From positions 4,650,001-4,714,000 of the forward strand of contig NC_086097.1 of the NCBI RefSeq assembly GCF_963921235.1: DNA of 64,000 nt, in the 5' to 3' direction. Of this stretch, positions 12,741 through 24,900 are shown one piece after another. The notes beneath the pieces were generated by a model. That model was not told the DNA's origin and did not search any database. It saw only the letters and a program-made list of their open reading frames with translations. How positions within the stretch are numbered: position 1 is the first letter of the stretch; the number at the start of each line of letters is the position of its first letter. The translations under genes were made by a program, and so were the position numbers. The stretch comes from Mobula hypostoma (taxonomy: Eukaryota).

Positions 12741-13687
12741 CAGTGGTCCCCAACCACCGGGCTGCGGACTGGTACTGGGCCGCAAAGCATGTGCTACCGG
12801 GCCGCGAGGAAACGATGATTTGGCGATATGGAACGATATGAGTCAGCTGTACCTTTCCTCATTCCCTGTCACACACTGTTGAACTTGAAATAACCTACCA
12901 AATGACACATAAAACCTAAAATAACACTAACATATAGTAAAAGCAGGAATGATATGATAAATACACAGCCTATATAAAGTAGAAATAATGTATGTACAGT
13001 GTAGTTTCACTTAACAGAATTGGGAAGATTAAGCCAAAACCGATTTGTAGAAAAAAAAATTGGCACATCACGCATGAGCACACTGGTGCCCGCGCAAGGC
13101 TTCATGGTCATGGCAGTCTTTCTCGGGGTAAACACAAGTGTCCCGTATTTGACTGCTACTTTTGTCCCTTATTTGGGAGTGAGAAAGCTGGCAACCCTAA
13201 TTGAACAACCACCCCCCACCCCCCACCCCGGGTCGGCCAGTCCACAAGATTAAGGGAGCTAGGGCTTTACTCTTTGGAGAGAAAGAGGATGAGAGGAGAC
13301 ATGATAGAGGTATACAAGATATTAAGAGGAATAGATAGAGTGGATAGCCAGCACCTCTTCCCCAGGGCACCACTGCTCAATACAAGAGGACATGGCTTTA
13401 AGGTGAGGGGTGGGAAGTTCAAGGGGGATATTAGAGGAAGGTTTTTTACTCAGAGAGTGGTTGGTGCGTGGAATGCACTGCCTGAGTCAGTGGTGGAGGC
13501 AGATACACTAGTGAAGTTTAAGAGACTACTAGACAGGTATATGGAGGAATCTAAGGTGGGGGCTTATATGGGAGGCAGGGTTTGAGGGTTGGCACAACAT
13601 TGTGGGCCGAAGGGCCCGTACTGTGCTGTACTATTCTATTGTCAATATTAAACCAGTCCGCAGTGCAAAAAAGGTTGGGGACCCCCG
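12741..13687. mobile_element. hAT (Charlie-like) non-autonomous DNA transposon carrying a CR1 3' fragment (about 13250-13640)
   Basis: TIRs CAGTGGTCCCCAACC and GGTTGGGGACCCCCG; 8-bp TSD CCATATAG at 12733-12740 and 13688-13695. Confidence 0.88.
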
Positions 13688-13759
13688 CCATATAGGTTCC
13701 CTTTGGGTGCTCCGGTTTGTTAATTGGTGGAAATAATTGGGAATACGTGTAGCTCAGCT

Positions 13760-14056
13760 AGTTGATGGTTCGGTTCAGTTGTTCTCCAATCTTGGCAATT
13801 TACTTACAAATGATTTTGTCACCATACAAGGAGACACCATCAGTGCGCTGTTGATTGTGGTGTGTCCTCCGAATGCTTGGCCTTTGTATACTTTTCAATC
13901 ACTTGATCGGTTGCCATTTCAGAAACTATAGGTATATAAAGGCCAAGCATTCGGAGGACACACCACAACTAGCAATGCGCTGATGATGTCTCCTCATATG
14001 GTGATGAAACGTTTGCAAGTAAATTGCCAAGATTAGAGAGGAACTCAAGCCAACGA
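13760..14056. mobile_element. Second Penelope-like inverted terminal repeat, with a hammerhead motif at 13977-14017
   Basis: Imperfect inverted arms of about 125 bp; plus arm GCG-CTGATGA-TGTCTCC..GGTGAT-GAAAC-GTT-TGC. Confidence 0.6.
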
Positions 14057-15307
14057 GATTAAATGGTCACCATAAATTGTCCTGCAATTCAGTTAGTATT
14101 AAATAGGTGAGCTGCTGGGTGGTGAGACTCGTTGGCCCTGTTGCGCGCGGGGTACAGATAAGTAGTGGGTATCAAACAAATAGATCTCGTATGTATAAGG
14201 GATATAGGAGTACACAAAAGGAATAAATCAGGGAGGCAAGATTAGGGTGTGAGATAGCATTCACAGATAAGGTAAAGAGGAATCCTGGGAGATTCTGTAA
14301 GTACATGAAGATTAGTGTGGTTGCCTACTTGTAGGATGGGTCCCCATAAAGATCAATGAGATTGTCTACTTATGGGATGGGTGCCCATAAGGATCAGTGC
14401 AATTGTCTACTTATGGGATGGGTCCCCATAAAGATGAGATTGGTTGTCTACTTGTGGAGCCATGGGAGATGGGCTAACTCTTAAATGGGTACTACTTGTA
14501 TGTATTTATTGTGGAGCAGACCATTAAGCATCACAAACATCACAAATTTAGGGTAAGACACATACTTAGCTGCTTATTTGGGACAACTCTTAAAGAACAT
14601 AAACTAATTGAGGAAATTGCTGTGATTTCCTTTGTTTATTTGGAACACTATAGCTTAATTGGGACAGGATACTTTTGTTGAACAGTTTCTAACTAGCATC
14701 AGATGCGTGCATTTGTGTGGCCATTAGACACTACAGCATGCTTGCAGCCATCAGCTTTTTTAATAGTGTCAGTTGTGTGTACTTGTGCTCAAAAAGCAGT
14801 GATTTTTGTCTCTGATAGTTGGTGAGAAATAAGTAGTAAGACAATTCAGAACGGTTTTGCTCACTGCAGTTTCACTACATCAACAGGTTAGGAAGTGCCA
14901 AGAATTTGAAGGTATCGACAATCATCTTGAATGTTATAATGAAAATGAAGACTTGCAGGATGTAATTGCCCAAAGCCTTTATAAAGGCACTCTATTATCT
15001 ACACTAGGCATCTGCACTGATTTTGTTCTTTTACAATCAAAAGAACACGGCAGGAACACTGAATTAATACACCTGTCGATAACTATTAGAAACTAATACA
15101 CAACTTTATAGTACTGTAGTAGTATTGATGGTGTTCCAATTTGTTCTGTATTTCATTTAAATACATAATTTGTTACTCAGTTATATGGTAGTTTATCTTT
15201 TTTATACCATTTTAACAATATCTAAGAAACTTTGCCTAATTGGGACAGCCACTTAATTAGACCAAAATGTATTGGTCCCCATGTGTCTTATCTATGTTTG
15301 TACTTAC

Positions 15308-15463
15308 GACGTCATATTGCCATTAACGTAGTTCTGGTTGAGTATTCGAGCCCAACACCCTCCTCCTACGTTATTATTGACAGTACTGTAGTCCTCAGAT
15401 GACCATAGCTTCTTGCCTGTCTTCCTAGCATTGCTGCTTGAAATAGTTCCAGGATAATGGGCT
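15308..15463 (-). CDS. GALC: GALC exon 8 (156 nt), [51 protein letters not shown](S); contains the nucleophile Glu (SSED)
   Basis: [13 protein letters not shown] and ARILNQNY motifs; acceptor ccatag|A, donor TC|gtaagt; phase 2/2. Confidence 0.97.
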
Positions 15464-16521
15464 CTATGGAATGAAACAGGATGTTCATAATAAATACAAA
15501 ATGCATTTCATTTTTTAAACAACGTGCATTTATATCATACATTTAATACAGCAAAAGATCACCAACTGATAATAAAAAGAAATAAAAAAAATGCATATTT
15601 TGACATCAGGGAGGAGATACAGAAGCGAAAAGGCACAAACTCAATGATTCAGGCAGAGAGACTGCAATATGATTTTATTTATTTGTTTTAATTTTATTTT
15701 ATTTAGAGATAAGAGTTAGAACAGGCCCTTTGAGCTGCTCTGCCCAGCAACCCACCTATCTAACCCTAACCTAATCACAGGGTAATTTACAATGACCAAT
15801 TAACCTACTAATCGGTACATCTTTGAACCGTGGGATGAAACCCAAGCACCCGGAGGAAACTGACATGTTGACAGAGATGACATACACACTGCTTACAAAA
15901 GACTTCTTCACTCAGAGGATCGTGAAAGTATGGGATGAGCTGCCCGCGCAAGTGTCACATTCAAGCTGAATTTCAATGTTTATGAGATATTTGGGTAGGT
16001 ACGTGAATGGTAGGGGTATGGAGGGCTATGGTCTGGGTGTAAGTTGATGAGAGGAGGCAGTTTAAATGGTTCAGGATTGACTCGATGGGCCGAAAAGCTG
16101 CTTCTGAGCTGCATTTTTCTATGACTCTATGATGTTAGAATTGAGCTCTGAACTCTGATGCCTCGAGCTGTAACGATGTCACACTAACCGCTATGCTAAT
16201 GTGGCACCATTGAGACAATGATATCACAGTTGTGAGATTTAGTAATTTTACAGAAACGTCACTAAGTTACAGAAAAAGCTAGATGGTTGCAAATTGGTAA
16301 CTGCAATAGCAAATGACAAGGAACGAGTGATATAGAGGAAGAAAGAGGAATATGCACAGATAATGCTACAAGGAAATTATGTGAAAGTGGCAGTTATGAC
16401 AGGTAGGGAGAGGCAAAGCAGGCACATAAACGAGACAAACAAGATGTTTGGGGTAATGATCCAGAACACAAATCCATTCATGGAGACAGCAGCTAAACAA
16501 TTCAAATTTGTGAATTACATA

Positions 16522-17060
16522 CAGTGGATTCTGGTTAATTGGGCCAACAGTTATTCAGGGCAGCTGTTTGTTTGGGACCACTGTTAAAGAACAAAAACAA
16601 AATTGAGAAAAACAGATGGGATTCCCTTCATTTATTTGGGACACAATGCCACTCATTTAGGACGGGAGAGTTTCTGAACCGTTAGTCATACGCATTTGTG
16701 TGGACACCACAATGTGCTTGGAGCAATCAATTTTTTCCAATAGCGTCAGTTGCATGTGTTGTGCTCAAAAAGCAGTGATTTTTGTCACTGGTAGTCGGTG
16801 AGAAATAAGCAGTAAGACAATTCAGAACGGTTTTGCTCAAAACGGTTTAAAGCATCCAGGCTTGGAGATGCCAGAAATGGCTGGGAGTGAAAATGAAATG
16901 GCTTCATTACCTCAACAAGTTAGGAACTATGAAGGGATTGACAATAATCCTGAATGTTACAATGACAATGAATTTTGGAAGATGCAATCATCAAAAATAT
17001 TGTATGAAGTTAGTCCATTATCTGCGCAAAGGTGTCTGCGCTGATTTTGTTCATTTACAG
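16522..17060 (+). mobile_element. Tigger/pogo-like non-autonomous DNA element; related copies at about 14560-15290 and 26070-26625
   Basis: TA|CAGTGGATTCTGGTTAATTGGG terminus; shared core AAAAAGCAGTGATTTTTGTC..GAGAAATAAGCAGTAAGACAATTCAGAAC in three copies. Confidence 0.6.
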
Positions 17061-19517
17061 ACGAGCCGGGTAGCAGGGTGAAGATACATCTCTACCAAAG
17101 GAGGTTTAAGGCGCTCCTTCCCTCCGCTAGCCTGCAGGTCACTCTTGGGCGAGGTGTCGCATCTGCTTACCCACACCACCCGCCCCCACCCCGATCAGGG
17201 TCATGTGAAGCCATGGGAGCAGCTGGTTCATATCATAAGCCCTGATTATGTGATCACTGACACCAGGCAGACAATCTCTGAAGAGTATTGATAATGGCTG
17301 GGGTCACCCGTCTTCTAAAGACACTGCCCAGAAGAAGGCAATAGCAAACCACTTCTGTAGAAAAAATTTGCCACGACCATTCATGGTCACAGAAAAGCTA
17401 TGATCACCCATGTCATACGGCTCTTCGACCACATCCTGACCCAGACCCGCTACCACAGCCACATCTCCTTCCTGGGAACGTGTCACCTACCTGCCTTCTC
17501 CTTCCCACCCTCCCCCACTTTCTTTAGAGGTCCCCTGCCCCCTCACTCTCCAGTTCTGATGAAGGGTCTCAGCCCTAAACGTTGACTGATCGTTTCCATG
17601 GATGCTGCCCGACCTGCTGAGTTCCTCCAGCGTGTTGTGTGTGTTGCGTTCACAGGTTAGTTGACGTGTATGTATTTCCAATTAATTAATTATTTCAAAT
17701 CTCAACATTGAAACAGCTATTGCTATGCCTAGTCTTTCAGATGAAGATGATGTAGCCACTGTAACATACACAAAATTCTGAGGAACTCAGCAAGTCAGGC
17801 AGCATCTATGGAAAGAAATAAAGAGCCAACATTTTAGGATGAGAACCTTTCTCTTGGCTGAAATGTTGACTGTTTATTTCTTTCCATAGATCTTGCCTGA
17901 CCACCTGAGTTCCCCCGGCATTCTGTATGCATTACTCTGGATTTACAGTATCTGCAGAATCTCGCATGTTTAAGGTGAACCATTGCTGCTCTGGGATTCA
18001 ATGGTGACACATCTTAAAAGAAAGCATCATTGGGGCAGCACAGTAGCACGGTGGTCAGCAATACCAGAGACCCAGGGTTCAATTCCCACTGTCTGTAAGG
18101 AGTTTGGATGCTCTTCCCGTGACCGTGTGGGTTTACACTGGGTGCTCTGCTTTCCTCCCACAGTCCAAGGATGGGCCTGTATTCACTAGAATTCAGAAGA
18201 ATGAGGGGGTGACATCGAAACCTATTGAATGGTGAATGGCCTTGATAGAGGGGATGTGGAGAGGATGTTTCCTATTGTGGGACAGTCTAAGACCAGAGGA
18301 ACACACCCTCAGAATAGAGGGGCATCCTTTTAGAATGGAGATGAGGAGGAATTTCTTTAGCCAGAGAGTGGTGAATCTGTGGAATTCTTTGCCACAGAAT
18401 CTGTGGAGGCCAAATCTTTATATATATTTAAGGCAGAAGTTGATAGATTTGTGATTGTTCCGGGCATGAAGGGATACAGGGAGAAGACCAGGAGATTGGG
18501 GCTGAGCAGAAAATTGGATCAGCCATGATGAAATAGCCAAATGGCCTATTTCTGCTTTATGGCCTTATGGTTTTAACCTGAGCTTAATCACGGGATAACT
18601 TACAATGACCAATTAACTTACTAATTGGTGCATCTGAGTTGCAAAGCAAAAGGGAATAGTAATGGAACAAATGAAGAAGTAAAAGATGGTGTTAAGTGAC
18701 AAGTATGGGAATAACAGAACCATGCTATCATTTCTATTCTCCCCATCCCAATTTATCTGCATCAGTCCCTGGAATACACTGCCTGGGGTGGTGGTAGATG
18801 CAGATACATTCGGGACTTTTAAGAGACGTTTAGATAGGCAGGTGAATGTGAGGAAAATAGAGGGATATAGACATAATGTAGGCAAAAGGGATTAGTTTAC
18901 TTTGCCATTTGATTACTAATTTAATCTGTTCAGTACAACACTGTGAGCTGAAGAGCCTGTTCTGTGTGGTACTGTTCTATGTTCCTGAATAGACTTTCAA
19001 GCAGGGGCTACCGATCTGTTTTATGCCATGGAGCCTTACCTTCTACTGATGGTAAGGAATAAATTACAGGAGTACATTTCTGACCTTGCCATAAAACTGT
19101 TTGTACAATTGTAACTACAGTTCTTACATGTTGTTATTTCAACATGAGTACCTCTGATTGTTTTTTCTTCTGTTTAGATAAAACCATCAATCAGCAGTAT
19201 TTACATATTACACTAATGTCCTGATCTGCTGAATATCCCCTGCATTTGCTACGTTTTCAAAAAATTCTTAAATACTTGAATTCAATTTTATTTTTTAAAT
19301 TAACTAAGGCCCCTCTGTAAAAATTACTTTCATCTCTGGAAAAAAAATGAACAATGCAAATTTTATGTTTTTCGATACTATCCAAGAGCAACTTTACTTA
19401 CAGAACATTTTTCATTTAGATGAAGTAGTTCAAATAGCTTTACAATGGGATAAAAGTACAAATGTGAAAATAAAAATGTAAATAAAAGACAAAAAGAGTT
19501 AGTTAAAAGGTTAAATA

Positions 19518-20724
19518 CAGTGTCGTGTAAAAGTATTCAAACCCCAAACCATTCCCCCCGCCAAATGAGTCTTACAACCAGGAATTTTGGTCAATTTAAC
19601 TGAGAATCTTTATTTGAGAATCACATGCTCTTCCCCACCAACACCACCACCAAGAGTAGAGCCAAAAAAAACAAGGAAAATTGTAAAGCATGAAAAACTA
19701 AAAATTCAAAACCTGAAACATCAGCAGTTTAAAAGTATTCATCCCCCTTTGCTCAGTACTTTGATAAACCACCCTCACAGCTATTACAGCCAGTAGTCCT
19801 TTTGGACAAGTCTCTATCAGCTTTACACAATATGATGGAGCAAGATTTGCCCATTCCTCCTTGTAAAATTGCTCGAGTTGTGCCAGGTTAGTAGGAGAGC
19901 AGTGGTGGCCAACAATCCGAGGTCTTGCCAAAGACGTTCAATCAGATTAATGTCAGGACCCCGAATGGGCCACTCAAAGACATCACTTTTCATCATTTGA
20001 AGCCACTAAAGGACTGCTCTAGCAGCGTTCTCTTGGGTTGTTGTTCTGCTGAAAGACGATCTTCCTCCCCAGTTTAAGCTTTCAGCCAGAGGCGAGCAGG
20101 ATTTTTATCCAGGATCTCTCTGTATTTAGCATCTTCCCATCAATCCTGACCAGATTTTCAGTCCCTGCTGCTAAACAGCATCACTACGGCCTGAGGTGGC
20201 CTCCGCCATACTTTACGGTAGTGATGGTGTAACTGAGCTGATGCAATGTTAGATTTACGCCACATTTACCACAAAAAAAAAGCATATCCTTGCCCATAAA
20301 GACTTTGCAAAGCATAACTTAGAAGACACTGTAAAGATGTGGAAGGAGGAATTGTGATCAAATGAGACTAAAGCGGAACTTCTTGTCCTCAACACCAAGC
20401 GGTACGTGTCGTGTTTTTGGCAAAGCTAATAGATTCTTATCCAAAAGACTACTGATTTTAACAACTGTGAGAAGTGGGTCAACTAAGTACTGAGCTGTGC
20501 ATATGCTTCACAGTTGAAAACTTTTGAACTGCTGACATTTCAGTTTTTTAGTTTTTCATGCTTTACAATTTTCCGTTTTCTTGGACTCTACAGTGAAAAA
20601 AGGAGCACGTGAGTAACTTTATTTCACAAATAAAAATTCTCAGTTAAATTGACCAAAATCTCTGGTTGTAATACTTATTTATGTGAACAAAGGGTTAGGG
20701 GCTGCATACTTTTACAAGGCAGTA
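19518..20724. mobile_element. Degenerate Tc1-like transposon with long TIRs and an internal inversion
   Basis: TA|CAGTGTCGTGTAAAAGTATTCA...TGCATACTTTTACAAGGCAGTA|TA; Tc1 C-terminus (PTNLAQLEQFYKEEWANL) on minus, transposase pieces on plus at 20290-20490. Confidence 0.8.
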
Positions 20725-20726
20725 TA

Positions 20727-21082
20727 AATTGGTTTTGAGATGGTGCTTAAAAGCATTAACTGAGTCTGCATCCCTTATAGTTTTAGGTATTGAGTTCCAC
20801 AGTTTAGGAGCGTAGTTTCATAAAGCAGACCTGCCAGTTATCTTTCAATTTAAGAGAAGGGCAGAAGACGACCTGAGAGTTTGAGCAGGATTATAAAACA
20901 AAAATGATTCTGTGATGTACTCGGTCCCAGTTCATTGAGAGCTTTAAAATCAAGTAAAAGAACTTTAAATTCAATTCTGAAAGATACAGGAAGCCACATC
21001 AGAGTTGCTAGGTTGGGAGTGATAGGTTCCCTCAACCTGGTCTGAGATAAGAGTCTAGCAGCGACGTTCTGAATGAGTTTGA
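20727..21082 (-). mobile_element. L2 LINE 3' fragment (a similar 3' end at about 58010-58310, +)
   Basis: REPITPNLATLMWLPVSFRIEFKVLLLDFKALN resembles the L2 ORF2 C-terminus (HITP.L..LHWLPV..RI.FK). Confidence 0.8.
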
Positions 21083-21109
21083 GAATGAATGGCAGGAAGA
21101 AATGCCTAC

Positions 21110-21237
21110 CCTATGATGTCGACCACATCACTGAGCTCAGTATGAAGCACATACCAAGATATCGGTTCCCAAAGATTATCGCTGGCTATGATTTTCACCT
21201 GCTCTAGACCCATTTTGTCCAGGGTATCTCTCAGCAG
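21110..21237 (-). CDS. GALC: GALC exon 7b (128 nt), [42 protein letters not shown](G)
   Basis: Contains [11 protein letters not shown] as in mammalian GALC exon 7; acceptor ttatgccaag|CTG with U-rich tract and upstream ctaat, donor ATAGG|gtaggc; phase 0/2. Confidence 0.92.
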
Positions 21238-23569
21238 CTTGGCATAAAAAAATACAAAATTAGAGAAAATATTAGCATTTTAAACATCAATGTGCATTTG
21301 CAATTAAAATTAAGAGTGAAGAAAATGTGTCACAAGGCCTATATAGAATGGATGTTGAAAGGAGGCTTCCAATAGTGAGGGAGTCGAGGACCAGAGCAGA
21401 CATCCTCAGAATGCAGGGGATGTCCATTCAGAACAGAGATGAGGAGGAATTTCCTCACAGTAGAGGGGTGTCCATTGAGGACAGAGATGAGGAGGAATTT
21501 CCTCAGAGTAGAGGGTGTCCATTGAGAACAGAGATGAGGAAGACTTTCTTCAGCCAGAGGGTGGGTAACCTGTGAAATTTGTTGCCATGGATGGCTGTGG
21601 AGGCCAAGTCATTGAGTACATTTTAAGTAGAGGCTGGTAGGTTCTTGATTAGTCAGTGTGTCAAAGGTTACAGGGAGAAGACAAGAGAAGACATAGCATT
21701 GTGGGCTGAAGGGCCTGTAGTTTTTCTATGTTCTAATGGGGTTGAGAGGAATAATAAATAACCATGTTGGGACAGCAGAGTACACCCGATGGGCCGAATG
21801 GTCTAATTTTCTCCCATGTCATATGGTCTCCAAGACAGAATTGAGGGTACCTGAAGACAATGTTTCAGATATTGGAAACACTTTTAAAAATGTGACAAAT
21901 AAAACTAAAGACTGCTTGGTGGTGTAAAAATTTTCTTCAGTGCATGGCACTCTGTAATCCGTCCTGCATTGACATCTGGATTTCCTACTCCAAATTTCAA
22001 AGAAAATTGCTTGCTGATACATTTAATGGGAGAATGAATACAGGTCAAGCCACGCTTTCATACAACAGAATACAGACGACAGAAACAATAAATTGCTTCA
22101 AATAAATTGAGGTTTAAATGTGGGTGACAGTGAAGACAGTTCCTAATGTTCAAGCGAAAAAAATTAGCAAGCTCACATTTCACAAGCGACCATTTCGCAA
22201 CATCAACATGAAAACGAAAGGAAGAGAAAGGACAAGTTTTCATTTACTGAAAAATAATTCCAAATGCAATGCCTTAGCAACAATTTATGGCATTAAAAAG
22301 AACCTTCCTGTATATGGAGCAATACACACAAAATGCTGGAGAAACTCAGCAGGTCAAGCACCATCAATGGAAAAGAATAAACAGTCGACGTTTTGGGCCG
22401 AGACCCTTTTCTAAGATGTACCGGTTAGGTTAATTGGTGATTGTAAATTGTTTTGTGATTAGGCTAGGTGGGTTCCTGGGTTTTAGGCTCATTGGGCCAG
22501 AAAGGCGTGCTCCGTGCTGTATCTCTAAAAATAAATCATACCAAGAAATTGGTGCAAATCTTGAATTTGGAGCTACTTGTCAAAAATGGTGATCACAGAA
22601 CTATCTATCTTTACACATAAAAACACAAGATTCTGCAGATGCAGGAAATCCGGAACACATATAAAATGCTGGAGAAACTCAGCAGGTCAGGCAGCATCTA
22701 TGGAAATGAGTTAACAGTCAACATTTCAGGCCAAGACCCCTCCTCAGGACTGGAATGGAAGGGGGAAGATACCAGATTAAGAAGGTGGGGGGGGGGAGAG
22801 AGAGGACAAGCTAGAAGGGGATGGCTGAAGCCAGGTGGGTGGGAGACGGAGAATGGGAATGAAGTAAAAAGCTGGGAGGTGATAGGTGGAATAGGCAAAG
22901 GACTGAAAAAGGAGGAATCTGGCAGGAGAAGAGAGTGGACCATGAAGGAAATGAAATGAGGAGGGGCACCAGGAGGAGGTGATAGGCAGGTGAGAGGCCA
23001 GAGTGGCCGCTGTAAGTGGAGTTGCCAAACTTAGTGGTTTATAACATTTGAGTTTAAACTGGACTAAACTTTGCTGAATGGAATTGGTGAAACAATTATA
23101 ATGTAGTACAGCATGGAAACATATGTCTTAGCAAAAGGAATGGTCCCTTTGCCCCCACTCTGCATGTCAAAGCCATGTACAGTATTGTGTGCTGTCCACT
23201 TATTATGGGGACGTCACTTGAGTGTGCGGGGGGGGGGGTAAAAGCGAAGGGAATAAGTTACGTATTCACGCTTCTTTCAAGGCAGTTTGTAGCTTGGGGC
23301 CAGTGAAGGTCACATCTTTGCTGACCGCTGAGATAAAGCTCAATAAAGCTCAGTTGTATGTTTGCTAATTGCTAATAAAGGATTGAATAAAGGGCTTGTC
23401 TTTTGGAGCAATCATTAGAGCTAGGGGTGAGTCAAGGGGTAACAACTCCATGTGGGGTTGCAGGCTGGTAGCAATGTGTTTTGATTTTGGATCAGTTTTA
23501 CTGCTACACTGCATTTAATAAGGTCATCATTAATCTGACTGTAACTTCAATTCCTCATTTCTGTCTACT

Positions 23570-24900
23570 TCAATAGATTAGATAAGATTCAACTTTATTG
23601 TCATTGGGCCGAGTACAGATGCAAAGCCAATGAAATGCAGTTCGCATCTGACCAGAAATACAAAGAATAGTGTTATTTACAAAATATCTGCGAATAAAAA
23701 GTGCTATAGCACACAAATATAAAAGTACTGAGACAGTACAATATGGGTGCAATACTGCTTAGCGCTGTGACATGAGGTTCAGCAGCATCACAGCCTCAGG
23801 GAAGAAGCTCTTCCTGTGCCTGCTGGTGCGGGAGCGGAGGCTCCTGTAGCACCTACCGGATGGGAGGAGAGTAAAAAGTCCATGGTTAGGGTGAGATGCA
23901 TCCTTGATAATGCTTTTCGCTCTGCCCAGGCAGCGTATATGGTAGATGTTCTCAATGGTGGGCAATTGGGTGTCGATAATCCGCTGGGCAGTTTTCATCA
24001 CATGCTGGAGTGCTTCACGGTCTGATACGGGACAATTGCCATACCACACTAGAGATGCAGTTGGTGAGTATGCTCTCAATGGTACAGCGGTAAAAGTCCG
24101 TCAGTATCCTGGGACAGAGGTGAGCTTTCTTGATGCTCCGCAGGAAATAAAGACGCTGTTGCGCCTTTTTGATCAGGATGGAGGAGTTCAGGGAGCAGGT
24201 GAGATCCTCGGAAATGTGGATACCAAGGAATTTGAAGCTTGATACACGTTTCAGTACAGCTCCATTGATGTAGATGGAGACATGAGTGTGGCTCCTAGCA
24301 TGCCTGAAGTCCACAATGATCTCCTTGGTCTTCTGGGTGCTAAGGGCCAGGTTGTTGTCGGCATACCACGCGGCCAGGTGCTGGACCTCGTCCCTGTAGG
24401 CCATCTCATTGTCCCCTCTGATCAGGCCAACCACTGTGGTGTTGTCTGTGAACTTGATTATGGAGTTAGAACCATGTACAGGAACGCAGTCATAGGTGAA
24501 AAGGGAATACAGAAGAGGGCTCAGCACACAGCCTTGAGGCACGCCGGTGTTCAGGGTGAGAGTGGAGGAGGAGAGGTTGTCTAACTTAACTGATTGGGGT
24601 CTGTTAGTCAGAAAGTCCAAGGTCCGACTGCAGAGGGATGAGTTGATACCAAGCTGGCGAAGTTTGGTGATCAGCTTGGAGGGGATCACAGTATTGAATG
24701 CCGAACTAAAGTCAATGAACAGCATTCTGACGTAAGAGTTGGGGCTGTCCAGGTGGGTCAGGGCAGCGTGAAGTGCCGTGGAGATGGCGTCCTCTGTTGA
24801 CCTGTTGGTGCGATAGACAAATTGATGGGGGTCCAGGGTAGTGGGCAGATTGGTTCTATCACATCTGAAATCCTGTCTCTCAAAGCATTTTGCAATCATC
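23570..24900 (-). mobile_element. Rex1/Babar LINE, 5'-truncated, RT largely open
   Basis: ORF 24015..24899(-) carries RT motifs ([33 protein letters not shown]); ORF 23759..24079 is the C-terminus; 3' tail ACAATAAAGTTGAATC. Confidence 0.92.

Noticed and set aside
21110..21237. Exon of a separate GALC paralog or processed pseudogene
   Set aside because: Only exon 7 is duplicated, it has its own splice sites, and it sits in the correct order and orientation between single copies of exons 6 and 8.
21410..21545. Triple repeat of about 50 bp (also short tandem duplications at 14330-14460, 24918-24977 and 54230-54290)
   Set aside because: Local slippage within CR1-derived sequence; no function is evident.
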